Of a DNA stretch of 64,000 nucleotides, positions 53,347 to 64,000 are shown one piece after another; positions within the stretch are counted from its first letter, which is position 1, and each line of letters starts with the position of its first letter. The notes beneath the pieces are model-generated. The model was given only the letters and a program-made list of their open reading frames with translations, was not told the origin of the DNA and ran no database searches. The stretch spans positions 37,450,001 to 37,514,000 of the forward strand of contig CM119372.1 of the NCBI GenBank assembly GCA_051294905.1, read 5' to 3'. The DNA comes from Botryllus schlosseri. Taxonomy: Eukaryota. The position numbers and the translations under genes were made by a program.

Positions 53347-54009
53347 CACAAGACCATGTAGTACAGCATGCTTTGATATACTGCAGTTGCCATTGCAGTA
53401 TGTCGTATTTGAGAAGGTAGTAGTAAGCGTCTTTTTTTTCAGCTTCAAAAGTAAATTGGTGGTAGGAGTAGCCTACTTAAAAGACCTGCTTATTCCAGGG
53501 AACGAGATTCGAGTGCATCTAGTAACATAATACGAAAAGTCTTAAGTTAGATCATATAGTGTCGCTGCAACTCTGGTATTGCAATCTGATGATGTTTAAA
53601 TGAGTGACTCAAAAATTCTATGATATGAATTAGTTGCCTACGTCCCCATCTGTAGTTAGTTACTGTTATTTTGTGTCACTGTTTTACTTTTTTTATATCT
53701 TTATCTCATAGATACAGCTCTATCGCTTCTTTGTATATGTTCGCCGTGATCCGTGACTTACGAAACTTATATACCGCAATCTGACTACACTCCGGCCGAT
53801 CTGCTATCCTTTCAAATACTGGTATCCGCCAAATAATTGTAGTAGAGCAGTGACTCGCAACCTGTATTAGGCGAAATCATTTCGGGTGGTACGCAATAAA
53901 TACATCTGTGTTGTGTTATGATCAGTGCGGAGTAGCTCCCAATCCACATTTGTTACGAAATTTCCAAGCCAATTTATTTGCTTATCTGCCCATGTTGATA
54001 ATTCTATAT

Positions 54010-55564
54010 TAGGGTTGCCATACGTCCGGAATTTCCCGGACATGTCCGGAATTTCACTGAAAAATCTGCGTCCGGGAGGAATTTCTAAAATATGCCTAAA
54101 TGTCCGGAATTTTAAAGGCTTGAAGTAGGCTTAAAATTTTTTCGTAAATAAAGAAACAATATTATTTTAAGCAGATTTATGCCATTCAAAATTCCTTCTT
54201 CGCGCATCGCGCGAGTTAATGCAACGTCTATTGATATTACTATGGACACCAGGTACCACCCTCGCCAAACTAGCAATGAAAATATATATAAATAACCATC
54301 ATATACTGAAATAAGTCTGGTTGTAATCGCAATTACAAGCTAACGGTATATTATTAGAGTTGGTTAAGGCCGATTGGTTGCTTCTGTCACAGACAGTGGT
54401 TCCGAATCTTGAGGTCGTTTTCTTTTATCTATGGATCGCGATGATGTTGGACGTATAATCAGCTTCCTATGCCGTAAGTGTGGGCAAGCTGATTTTTTTT
54501 AGTAATCGGCTTATGCAGTTTGGAGCTGGGCCACGGAACATTTTGAAGTTGGAAATGAGGTCGCGACCATAAAAAGTTGGAAATCATCGGATGTGCTACC
54601 TGCTGGTGCATTTTATAGTAGCCTAATATATGGAAGAATCAATCATATTGACAGAAGCCATTCAAAAAATTCAACAGCCAAATGCATATTGTAAGTGCCC
54701 AAGAAGTTACATCGACTACCCTATGGTGGGCCCAAGATCAGTGGTTTTTTTCGGCGGAAGGGGGCAGAAAAATGTTGTTTCGGACCTGATTAAAACACAT
54801 AACCAGATAGCCGCACCGACCTAACAGTAGCCTATAGCAGGGCTGTCAAACACAATCCAGACAGGCCAGACACGGCCCGCCAGACGATTTCATCCGGACC
54901 GTGGAGAAATTTATTGCAAACCCTACCAAGTAGCAATCGCCAGAGCCCACATTACAGATGGCCCAATTCATGAGTCATGACGTATGTTCCACTCCATTAT
55001 TGTACACCAGTGGTTCGTGGTTCCCAACCTTTTTTCACCCAAGTACCATTTCGAGGTTTTATGCAATGCTCGCGTACCACCGACATAAGATAAGCGCGCC
55101 GAACGCGGTCAAAATGTTTCCACCGTGTTGAGGTGCATTTTAAGGCGCAGTATATGATTTCTGAAGTGGATCCATTTGAAATTATTGTGGTCAAATATAT
55201 TAAGACGGAATTTGGTTAGGTAAGAATCCCAATGCTTTACGACTAGATCTCCTCCCCGTAGGCCGTCACTGGTGGGATAGCCCCTACCAACGACGACGAC
55301 CTTACCACGACGACGGCGGCTTCAAAAACTCAAAATCAACCCCACCTGAACTAATAACTTCCTTCGGTCGAAAAAAAAACACAATCTACTCGCGTACCAC
55401 CTGGAAGACCTTCGCGTACCATTACCACTGCTGTATACAGTCGATGGGCAATGCTTTGATAGTGTGACGTCATGTTAACAGACAATGTGTCACCTCATTT
55501 TTAAATCCGCTAGTGGGCGCTAAAGAGTGTCCGGAATTTGCTTCACAAAAATATGGTAACCCTA
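54010..55564. mobile_element. hAT element (TAGGGTT(G/A)CCATA TIR, TCCGGA repeats) with nested MITE fragments
   Basis: Perfect TSD TTCTATAT. Confidence 0.85.
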
Positions 55565-55849
55565 TTCTATATACATATAGTATATGGTTACGAGATACAA
55601 AATCTGCTAGCAGGGACTTATATGAGTTCATTGTCGATTGTATCTGCATGGATCATCAAAGTTCCATCAAAATAACTCATCTTGTGTTGAAGCGAATGAA
55701 GCACCTCTTATTTATTCATATCTCGGCGATAGGAATTACCAACCAATATCCGAATTAAACGACTAACTGTTGGAATTAACTGGAGGTATATCTTCACTGG
55801 GTTCACGAAAATTTAATAATGTACTGATTTTAAAAAGAGATTACCACAA

Positions 55850-56260
55850 CCATACCGCCCCGCTCCTTCTCAGCATCCCATAATCGACAAGTTTCCAGCT
55901 AGCACAACTTCGAGGTCGTCAATGTGCCCACTTTTGCGCTTACGCTCACGACAGGAACTGAGGCTCAATGTTCGTATATATCATAGCAGTTTTGGGAATT
56001 GGCGTTAGAAGGAATGATCAGCAATTCCCGTTTCACCAATAAAATTTTCATCGTATATTAGCTTGTCTGCCGATTCTAATTTTTTCGAGCTGTCGGTATC
56101 TTTGTCTCTAGTTTTCCCATTATCAGTCAGGATGTGGCTAAGCATATAGACACTGCTCCTCATTCTAATCCAGCTTTCATGTTCTTGAATCATAGGTAAT
56201 CGTAATCTTGTAATAGATTTGGTTGCATCACACAACGGAGTGTTGCAGAATGAGTTAACG
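55850..56260 (-). pseudogene. possible additional FGF-like remnant
   Basis: WIRMRSSV...LTDNGKT and VSVSAKVG loosely resemble FGF strands; weak. Confidence 0.2.
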
Positions 56261-56306
56261 GGTACTCATTCTAAAGATAAGACATCTTCGACTAAAATCA
56301 TGGCTT

Positions 56307-58173
56307 TTATTCACTGGTTGTGGTTATATTAAGATGTATGATATGAAGACGATATGTTATTTCAGTTTTATGTTGGGATCTCTGGTCAGGTGCTGAATAT
56401 TTGGTCCGTCGTCCGTTGATTAGTTTTCATGGAGCATTCCTCTCTCCTTCGTGTCATACAGTGTCGAAAAACTGCTCCATTTGATCTTCGAAAATGCGTG
56501 TTACATGTTCACAAAATGTAAAGATATATTCTGCATTATTTTAGGCACTAATGTTCATTCAATCATTTGTGGTGACCCGTCAGGACAAAATGTAAAATAA
56601 AAATGCATGCTGGGGTGCTGATATCAGGAAAGTGTCGGAGTAACGATATTAATCAGTGCCAATATTCTCCTTACTATTCTGATTTTCTCACCCTCATCAA
56701 GTTGTCTTCGTGCAACAGCGCGCTTCTTTCTCCAAAGCCAGGGTGATTTAGGTCTCGTGCCACTGCAAGATTAAAATGAATGGTTCTATTAACTTATTAT
56801 AGATAACCGTTAATTCCAACTAGCTATACCAGGGGTGGGCAAACTTTCTGACTCGCTGGCCGCATTCAACATCTGAATCCATTCGCGGGTCGTACTATAT
56901 TTAATTAAGATTATTCGCCCGAACACAGTATTTTTATTTAATTACAATAATAGTGACCGAGGAAATATAAAGATAATATAGGCTACATGTTTATGTAAAA
57001 CAAAACAAACATTGATAGGCTGGTATGATGACGTACAGCGTCAGAAACATTGATAATATTTCATAAGCTGGTCGGTTGTGCGGTTGTGCCGATTCATAGA
57101 AAAGAATGGATATTTAAACCTATGGACATTTCACATGCCTCGACCAAGTCGTATGACTCGAAACTCGAACGGCCAAGATAGGCATTTATATGTAACTTCG
57201 AAGAATAGTAAAGTAACTGCATTATTCGTATTTCGTCCATCAGTACTGCCAGTACTGGTACTTGAATAATAGGGCTAGAAACAGTTAAGAGTGAGGAAAT
57301 TAGAACAGTATATATCACCCTGTAGCAGAGTTGAGAAAACGTTGGTTAAACATAACCTGAACTGGAAAATTAACAGTGAACACGAGGGCTTGGACTCAGA
57401 CTGGAGTCTCAACGATGTGACTCAGACTCGACCCTCTCCTCCCGGATTTGGACTCGGACTTGACTTGGTGGTGATTTCAAAATCCCATAAAAGTGTGATT
57501 CAGTTGTGACTTGGAGCCTTGTGCCTTGATCACAACCCTGCCTCCAAGACACACAATGCCGACAGCACCATAACCAATATCCATGCTACCTTTAAATACA
57601 GTTCTACGATTCTTGATAATATAAATATAAATATAAAATACTTCTACACATATCGAGGGTGAATGTACCGAACACGCGCGCGAATATCTTTGTTTCAAAG
57701 TGCAGCACTAAATGCAATAAACTTCCTGGAGTTGCCAATTTAAAATCATACTCGTGAGCCGAATAATTTCATTTCTGTTTTGACTCTCTGTGATGTTTAG
57801 CAATTGAAACCTTGTAAAATGCTCTATCCTTGATGTGAGGCTAGCAATAAAATAAAAACATCATAGTAAGATTATAACTTAGCATTGTCTGGTGAATATA
57901 TATTACGAAAATGTCAATTCGCTGCAATAGTTTTATTTTAGCACTCATTTTATCGATATTTTTATAACGTTTCTTGATGCTTTTGGGGGCCGCACAAAAC
58001 AGTGTTGCGGGCCGCATATGGCACGCGGGCCGTAGTTTGCCTACCCCCGTGCTAGACCATCCTGACCGTATAATACCATGCATATACTTTTCATGCCTTG
58101 TCCTAGCCGATATTGACGAAACCAATCAGCCATGCCCGACATCAAATCACCGGGGATACCTCGGTGTGTCATG
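56307..58173 (-). pseudogene. FGF-like pseudogene F8 (paralog of F5), MITE in intron
   Basis: Exon from acceptor 56762: GTRPKSPWLWRKKRAVARRQLDEGEKIRI...AEYIFT...FRRSNGAVFRHCMTRRREECSMKTNQRTTDQIF...LHII..SE* (stop 56307-56309); decayed leader near 58173-58075. Confidence 0.55.
56830..58049. mobile_element. hAT MITE
   Basis: CAGGGGTGGGCAAACT / AGTTTGCCTACCCCCG termini, TSD AGCTATAC/TGCTAGAC. Confidence 0.7.
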
Positions 58174-58909
58174 ACAAGTCACATTCGGACAAACGCGACT
58201 TCTACGTAGAATCGAACAACTGATCGCGAAAATAAAACTGTAAGAGTACGAAATAAACGTTTTTGTCACATTTTTCACTGAGAATATAGATCTTTATGAT
58301 TCTCAAATTTTAGGTTGCGGAGGTGGTTAAATTAACAGCAATATATGATACTCCAGTAGTTAGGGTTGCATTTAAAACAAATATGTTTAAAACAAGGCCC
58401 AGTGAAGTCATAGTGGATTGACATTTACAATTGAAAATATAGGGTAAATATAGTTGAACCGACTATTTTGCGGTTTCAACCATCCCATGTGGTATACGTC
58501 GGCTATATCGGGTGGTAATCGTTCGTAGGCTCTTACAGCATATTTATTTGGAAAGTATTTACACAATTATGGCATTATTATAAAATTAAAAAAAAACATT
58601 TATTTTCTCAAAAGGCCACTGGTTAAAAACTATTTAAAACATGTTTCAAACAAAGTGTTCTAAATCAACATTTGTTTTAAATGCGACGCTACCAGTAGTA
58701 CACTAGGTAGAAAAGTAGGAATGATGTCAAGTAGGTTTGTATTACCGATATGTAAGGGGTATGTATAGATATGTACCTAACTTATAGCGATGCTTGAGGT
58801 AATTTGTTGTCGACGCGAAATGCCGCTGATTTTCACCCCTCAACCTATCATGTAGCGAGTGGTGTAGTGGTTAATTCCACCACTGATGCTCCGTCGCGGG
58901 TTCATAATC

Positions 58910-58910
<1 letters not shown>

Positions 58911-58940
<30 letters not shown>

Positions 58941-59285
58941 TTTTATTCGTCAACCATGAATTATAATAGGCAATGTACACAAACATTCACGTTCAATAGT
59001 ACATTTTTTTTTAAATATTTTCCTAACTACATTTTACACAGTATGGACTGGGAGACCCGATTTGACCGAAGTATTCTAGGCCGGAGTCACCCAAGCAGGC
59101 CGGAGTCACCCAAGCAGTCTGCACCCCTATATTTTTTCTCTTTCATTCTATCCGTGGATGCTGAGCACCTAGCAGGGTGGCAGCGGATTCCAGTTTTCGA
59201 TTAGTTGTTCTGACCCGGTCGGGAATCGAACCCACGACCTACCTACCAAAACGCCGGACACATCACGATTACACTATCTCACTCA
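58911..59285 (-). mobile_element. tRNA-derived SINE with (TC)n tail
   Basis: TAGTGTAATCG / GGTTCGATTCC boxes; same family as 3350-3601. Confidence 0.78.
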
Positions 59286-59419
59286 GAACCCCATACTAAG
59301 TGTTGCAATTTTAACAATAGGCTGCCCCTCACCATCCTTTGTGAGTGGATATTTTCTTACAAGGAGCATATTTCCTTTACGAGATTCAGACGTGTTCAGT
59401 AACGAATTAATGTTTTATC

Positions 59420-60138
59420 GGGTTACTCAAGCAGGTTGTACTACTAGCTTTACTTATTCAAGTGGTTATATTCTAAAACTACTTTCAACGCCACATTTCT
59501 TCACTTAAGATCTTGAAAAGTACAACATGACTCTGAGATAAGTTTTCATCGCGTTTATTAGCGTGTAATAACCCTGAATACCAGAAAGGGAATGAGATTC
59601 CATCCACTTGTACTGAGTTTAGTAATATGGCGTCAACAGGAAATATGAATCTTGGAATTTGGTAGCGGTTACCTCCGACTACTTGCTGAATGTATGCGAC
59701 CCCTCGACTTAATCTAGTTTTTGTAAGCTGAAGATCCATCTTGGAGGTATAATTCATACTTAAATGAACCCGAATATGATCAGTAATCTACTATAAAGTT
59801 GCTGACAATTACAAGTATCATCCGAGAATATCGTGGTTTTTTTTTCAATGCGAATATTCTTTATTTTCAATTGAGAGCTTTTCAAAACTTTCATTTTCGA
59901 CTTCAACAGGAAGTATTATTGACATGTCCTGAAAATCGCTGATTCCACCAGATATTTAGTGGAAGCCTACGGCGGTAACTCAATTTCAACTTGAGTATCA
60001 GCACCCAATATTTAAACCACCTCTCACCAGATGACACCTTGCTAACCTGTGTTGGTTCGTCGTTATACCAGAAGGGGCCTCCGCATTCGCCGATGAAAGG
60101 ATGACACACATCAAAATAGTCAGAAGCTTCGCGTTCAT
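59420..60138 (-). pseudogene. FGF-like pseudogene F9 (paralog of F6)
   Basis: MNAKLLTILMCVILSSANA leader, AG|GTTAGC donor at 60046; FIFPVDAILLNSVQVDGI..SGLLHANKR; CTFQD (59510-59524, cf. FGF CxFxE); VVLEYNH (cf. FGF8 IVLENNY). Confidence 0.5.
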
Positions 60139-61329
60139 GCTGATTCGCACTGTTCTACATGAAAGATAAGATTGCTATCCTGAAAAGAAAATGATTTTGC
60201 AAAGAAACGCAGAATAAACATACGCGTTGAATGCTGATGTATTTTCAGAATACAACATTTATTCAAAATCATTTTCAGGTGCGATATAGCCGAACATACC
60301 CTGCTGGTACGGAAAAGTCTTACCGACCTTGCGGCAAGACATGTTGACATATCCAGACATCGAAGGTCTGTATTTACTCGGAACATCTGAATCATTCTGT
60401 GTTAGCGCATCGATCCTACCGCTATATATACTTGAAACTATCAGCACAGAAGATCACTGGCTTCGTGTGCTTGTCTGTGATTGCTTCGTGAATCGACCAG
60501 AATTGGTTAGATAATTGATAAAATTCGAGCATGCGGATGGCCTATTATGGTATTACCAAGAATATGTTCGACACGAGCCTTGTATCTGATAGGCATGTGC
60601 AGAGCAAGTAAATAGATTTAGTAATTGCGAAAGACGTGTTTGTAAGCCTTTATCTTAATATTATAGACTAGGGGTTCTTTAATCTGAGTACATTTATCCC
60701 TTTGGGATGCGCAGCCCTAAAGAAGAGGGTAGGAGATGCACTGTAAAAGTATATGCCTTTTAAGTCTATTTGTGAAGAATGCTTTACCAATCAGTTTGTT
60801 TCGGCTGGGCACAATGATTCTGGTGTACTCGAGTCCGAGGTGCATATTAATTGTAATGATCACAGTCGAGTAGTGAGCAGATTATTTTGGAATACTGCAA
60901 TTATTACCGTCAAATACCAAAGTAACCGTACAAAAACAGTTTGGTTTAGTGACATGATCTGATCAGGGTGGCCAAAGTAGTCAAGGTCGGTACTCAAGTA
61001 GAAGTAAAAGTAACGTTACTAATTTTTACTCAGGTAAAATTAGAGATTTTCCTGTAAGTAATAAGTAAGAATTCTAGTCCTAGTTTTCCCAAAAATCTGA
61101 AAACTGTCAAGTAGACGTGGATGAATAGTCTGATATCACAACCCCTTGAGTAGGCATTGTGAGTAGGCAAAACCTACTTGAATTTTTTTCGCGACTGACC
61201 ACCTCTTGGTCTCAAAGTGCAGACCTCATTTCAACGTGATCGTTGAGGAAGAAGACCGGAAGCAAAACAGCCATTAGTAAATGGACTGACTGATTGTCTG
61301 TATGATGTGAGTTTCGTGGAATTTGCAGG

Positions 61330-62593
61330 CAGAGGTGGTCAAAGTAGTCAAGAAAGCTACTCAAGTAGAAGTAGAAGTCGCGACGAAAAAATCTACTCAA
61401 GTACGAGTAGAAGTACTTTTTCCATAAGCCACCTAAAACTACTTGAAGTAGAAGTAGAATTGACTGACTTTAAATCTACTCAAGTAAGTTAGTAGTTTTG
61501 AAATCAGTCATAATTCGTTCGCATGGACTGTCAAAAGCTGCAAATTGAGCTATGCGGAAGGTGCAGAGAGCTTGATTCGTATTGATGCATCCCAGGAGGT
61601 AACAATTTTCGACAGAATAAGCATTCTTTCGCATCATGGGATGCAAATTATAGTATTGATATGAAAATGCGATACTAACCCTTTGTTTACTAGAATACCT
61701 CGGTTTAGAGAATATCATGGAATGGCGCCCTACCCCATATTATAAGGCCCCAAGTTTAGGCGAAGAGCAATACGGAGAAGTTGTATCGGATACGGTTTCA
61801 ACACTTTTCGCGATTAGTATACGTTAATAACCAATATTGTGGATCGTAAAATTTATAATAATTGTAGCTTTATTTTGGGAAAATAGAGGCATTGCTATAC
61901 ACCTGCTTTTATGCTTCAACATGTCTGTTCTGCATACAAAAGAACTGATAGTAATTAGAACTCAAAGTATGATACTCGGAATTGAAGGTGAGTTACAAAT
62001 ACCACTTCTAAAAAGCGGAAAATGTATCTCATATCTTTTGTCCATGAAGCTTCAAAGGTGATCTGCTAAATCAGGTGTAACGTTCCTAAAAGTCGGATTT
62101 TCCAGATTAGCAGGACACGTCATGGGCTGCTAGATAACGATAGGACAGGTAATTGCTAGATTACGAAACGGTAGTTTCAAACGTTATGGTGGACCATATG
62201 GGCGACAATGTGGGGTGAGCGGAACCAAATAGCAATCCGGCACCCAAATTATGTTCACTGATACATTCGTAAAAACATATTTGTCACTCCATAACTACTG
62301 TGCGCGAAGCGCAACAAAATTTCTGGGCTTTATTTGACTTTTATGAATATTAAATGTTGGTACTCCGTGAAAACAGCCCCGAAATTCATCAAGCGGTCTT
62401 TCGTATTGGGGGCTTAAACTACTTCTACTTGACAAACTGAAAATAGCGAAAAGTAAGTAAGTAGATCACAAAATATTACGAAGTAGAAGTAGAAGTAGAG
62501 AAAATCAGATCGACTTGAGTAAGTACCAGAAGTAGAGGAAAACTACTTGAGTACTTCGAAAAAGTAGAAGTACTTCGTTACTGACCACCTCTG
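61330..62593. mobile_element. hAT element (CAGAGGTGGTCA TIR) with probable transposase dimerisation remnant
   Basis: TSD TTTGCAGG/CTTGCAGG; minus-strand IHFPLFRSGICNSPSIPS near 61970-62030. Confidence 0.75.
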
Positions 62594-63309
62594 CTTGCAG
62601 GGCTGTATTAGTACGTGCATACAACACGTAAGTTGATGTACATACACTGAGTATCATTCCCATTAATCAAATTGTATAGCTGCGTATTCACACGCGTTTC
62701 TGATTGAAGGCGGCATCAGGTGGGCGGGCGATGTTTTGTTGACCTCAGCAGCAGCAGCCGTTTCAATCCATAAAATCGATTTTAAATTCGCTGACTACGA
62801 ACGAAGTTGGGGGATATATTTGCCTTTGTGAAAGTCTAACGAATAAAATCATTTTTATTGTTCACGCTATTATCGAAGATTATTTCGAGGAAACCGTCGT
62901 AATTGTGACATACATTTCATTATAACAAATCAAAATTATTTTCGCTTTCACTCTACTTGAACCATCTCCGCAAAACGAGACTATATAATTTCAATAATAT
63001 CGGTTGACAAATTTGCTGCGCCATATTCGGCAAGGTTCCGTCAATTTTAGAGAATTAGGGTTTAGCTGATCCAAATCTCTACGATTCGAAGCAATCATTC
63101 ATAGTTTTCGTGTTTGAAACTACAGATACAGCTCCTGGTTGGTCGCACGCATCATACTACTTATGAATATCGCGATTGAAGGTTGGCGTATTGTTGTACT
63201 TGGAAATTGACAATAATACGATTCATACCCAGTCGGTAGGCCTGTATACTTTTCTTCTATCATGGTGTATGTTAATCCTGACATGCCCCACGTATAAAAT
63301 CGACTCATT

Positions 63310-63647
63310 TAGGGTTACCATACGTCCTCCTTCAGAAGGATTTGTCCTATTTTTTTTGGTTTTTGAAAATGTCCTCCGATGATGCCGAAATGTCCTCCTT
63401 TAAAGCTTTTGAAGCTAGGATGATGGATAGTTTCGAGTGAAAACGGGCATAAATGACGCTAAACGAGAAATGTGAAAGAAAAAAATGTATTCCGGTGGTT
63501 AAGCCGGGAAGTTGACCTTTTTTCAAGTCAATCAGCCAAAATTTCGTGTGAGATTTAACATTTTTTCCGGATTTTACTCCAGTTCTGTAAGTCTGAAAAT
63601 TTTGAAAAAGTGTCCTCCTTTCCTGATTCCAAAATATGGTAACCCTA
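63310..63647. mobile_element. hAT MITE (TAGGGTTACCATA TIR)
   Basis: TIRs at both ends, ACTCAT-containing flanks. Confidence 0.75.
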
Positions 63648-64000
63648 ACTCATGTAAATAAAATGTAGTTACAGATAGTTACTTTATTCATCAAAATCGA
63701 TTCGTGTTGTTGCTAATTCTATTGTTACTCTGTTTTACCCCTCACAATTTTATTTCAATGTATTTCAAACTGCGATGGAGCAAAGATATGAGTTCGGGCT
63801 AATACCAGTAAAAGATTTACCAATTGTAATGGAAATGTTGGAACACTGGTCTTGCAACCTGTAGGGCCATGCTCAAATGTGTCGACGGCTGTCACCACAA
63901 GGCCAAGTCCCTCAATAGCAAAATCAATTCCAGGGTCGGTAGAAAGCCCCGAAGATATTAGGGTCCTCGATCGTCGTAAAAATCGTTTAGCTGCATGCTG

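Noticed and set aside
52982..53530. 182-aa ORF with an HT/HS-rich tract
   Set aside because: Runs through a CA/CT microsatellite and a MITE end.
56400..56490. Glutamate receptor ATD-like peptide (KWSSFSTLYDT)
   Set aside because: An alternative frame of F8 that is less conserved in paralog F5 than the chosen frame.

Overview
AT-rich eukaryotic (animal) genomic DNA, most likely from an ascidian/tunicate; the taxon is inferred from gene architecture only. One intact gene can be reconstructed by hand: an 11-exon minus-strand gene (32516-26383, 526 aa) encoding a secreted protein with signal peptide, a Ly6/uPAR-like Cys-rich domain, three sushi/CCP domains and a vWA domain with a complete MIDAS. 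Much of the rest is nested non-autonomous DNA transposons: many hAT MITEs with 8-bp TSDs, two P/Galileo-like foldbacks with 7-bp TSDs, and a 9.5-kb CACTA/EnSpm-like element. There are also tRNA-derived SINEs and minisatellites. The most unexpected signal is about ten decayed segments between 20 and 62 kb. By eye they resemble FGF beta-trefoil motifs, and several carry a signal-peptide leader. They include a duplicated two-gene unit (44.5-48.4 kb vs 56.3-60.6 kb), suggesting a birth-and-death cluster of divergent FGF-like genes. The FGF assignment is manual motif matching and needs profile searches to confirm. No CRISPR, rRNA or convincing tRNA gene was seen.
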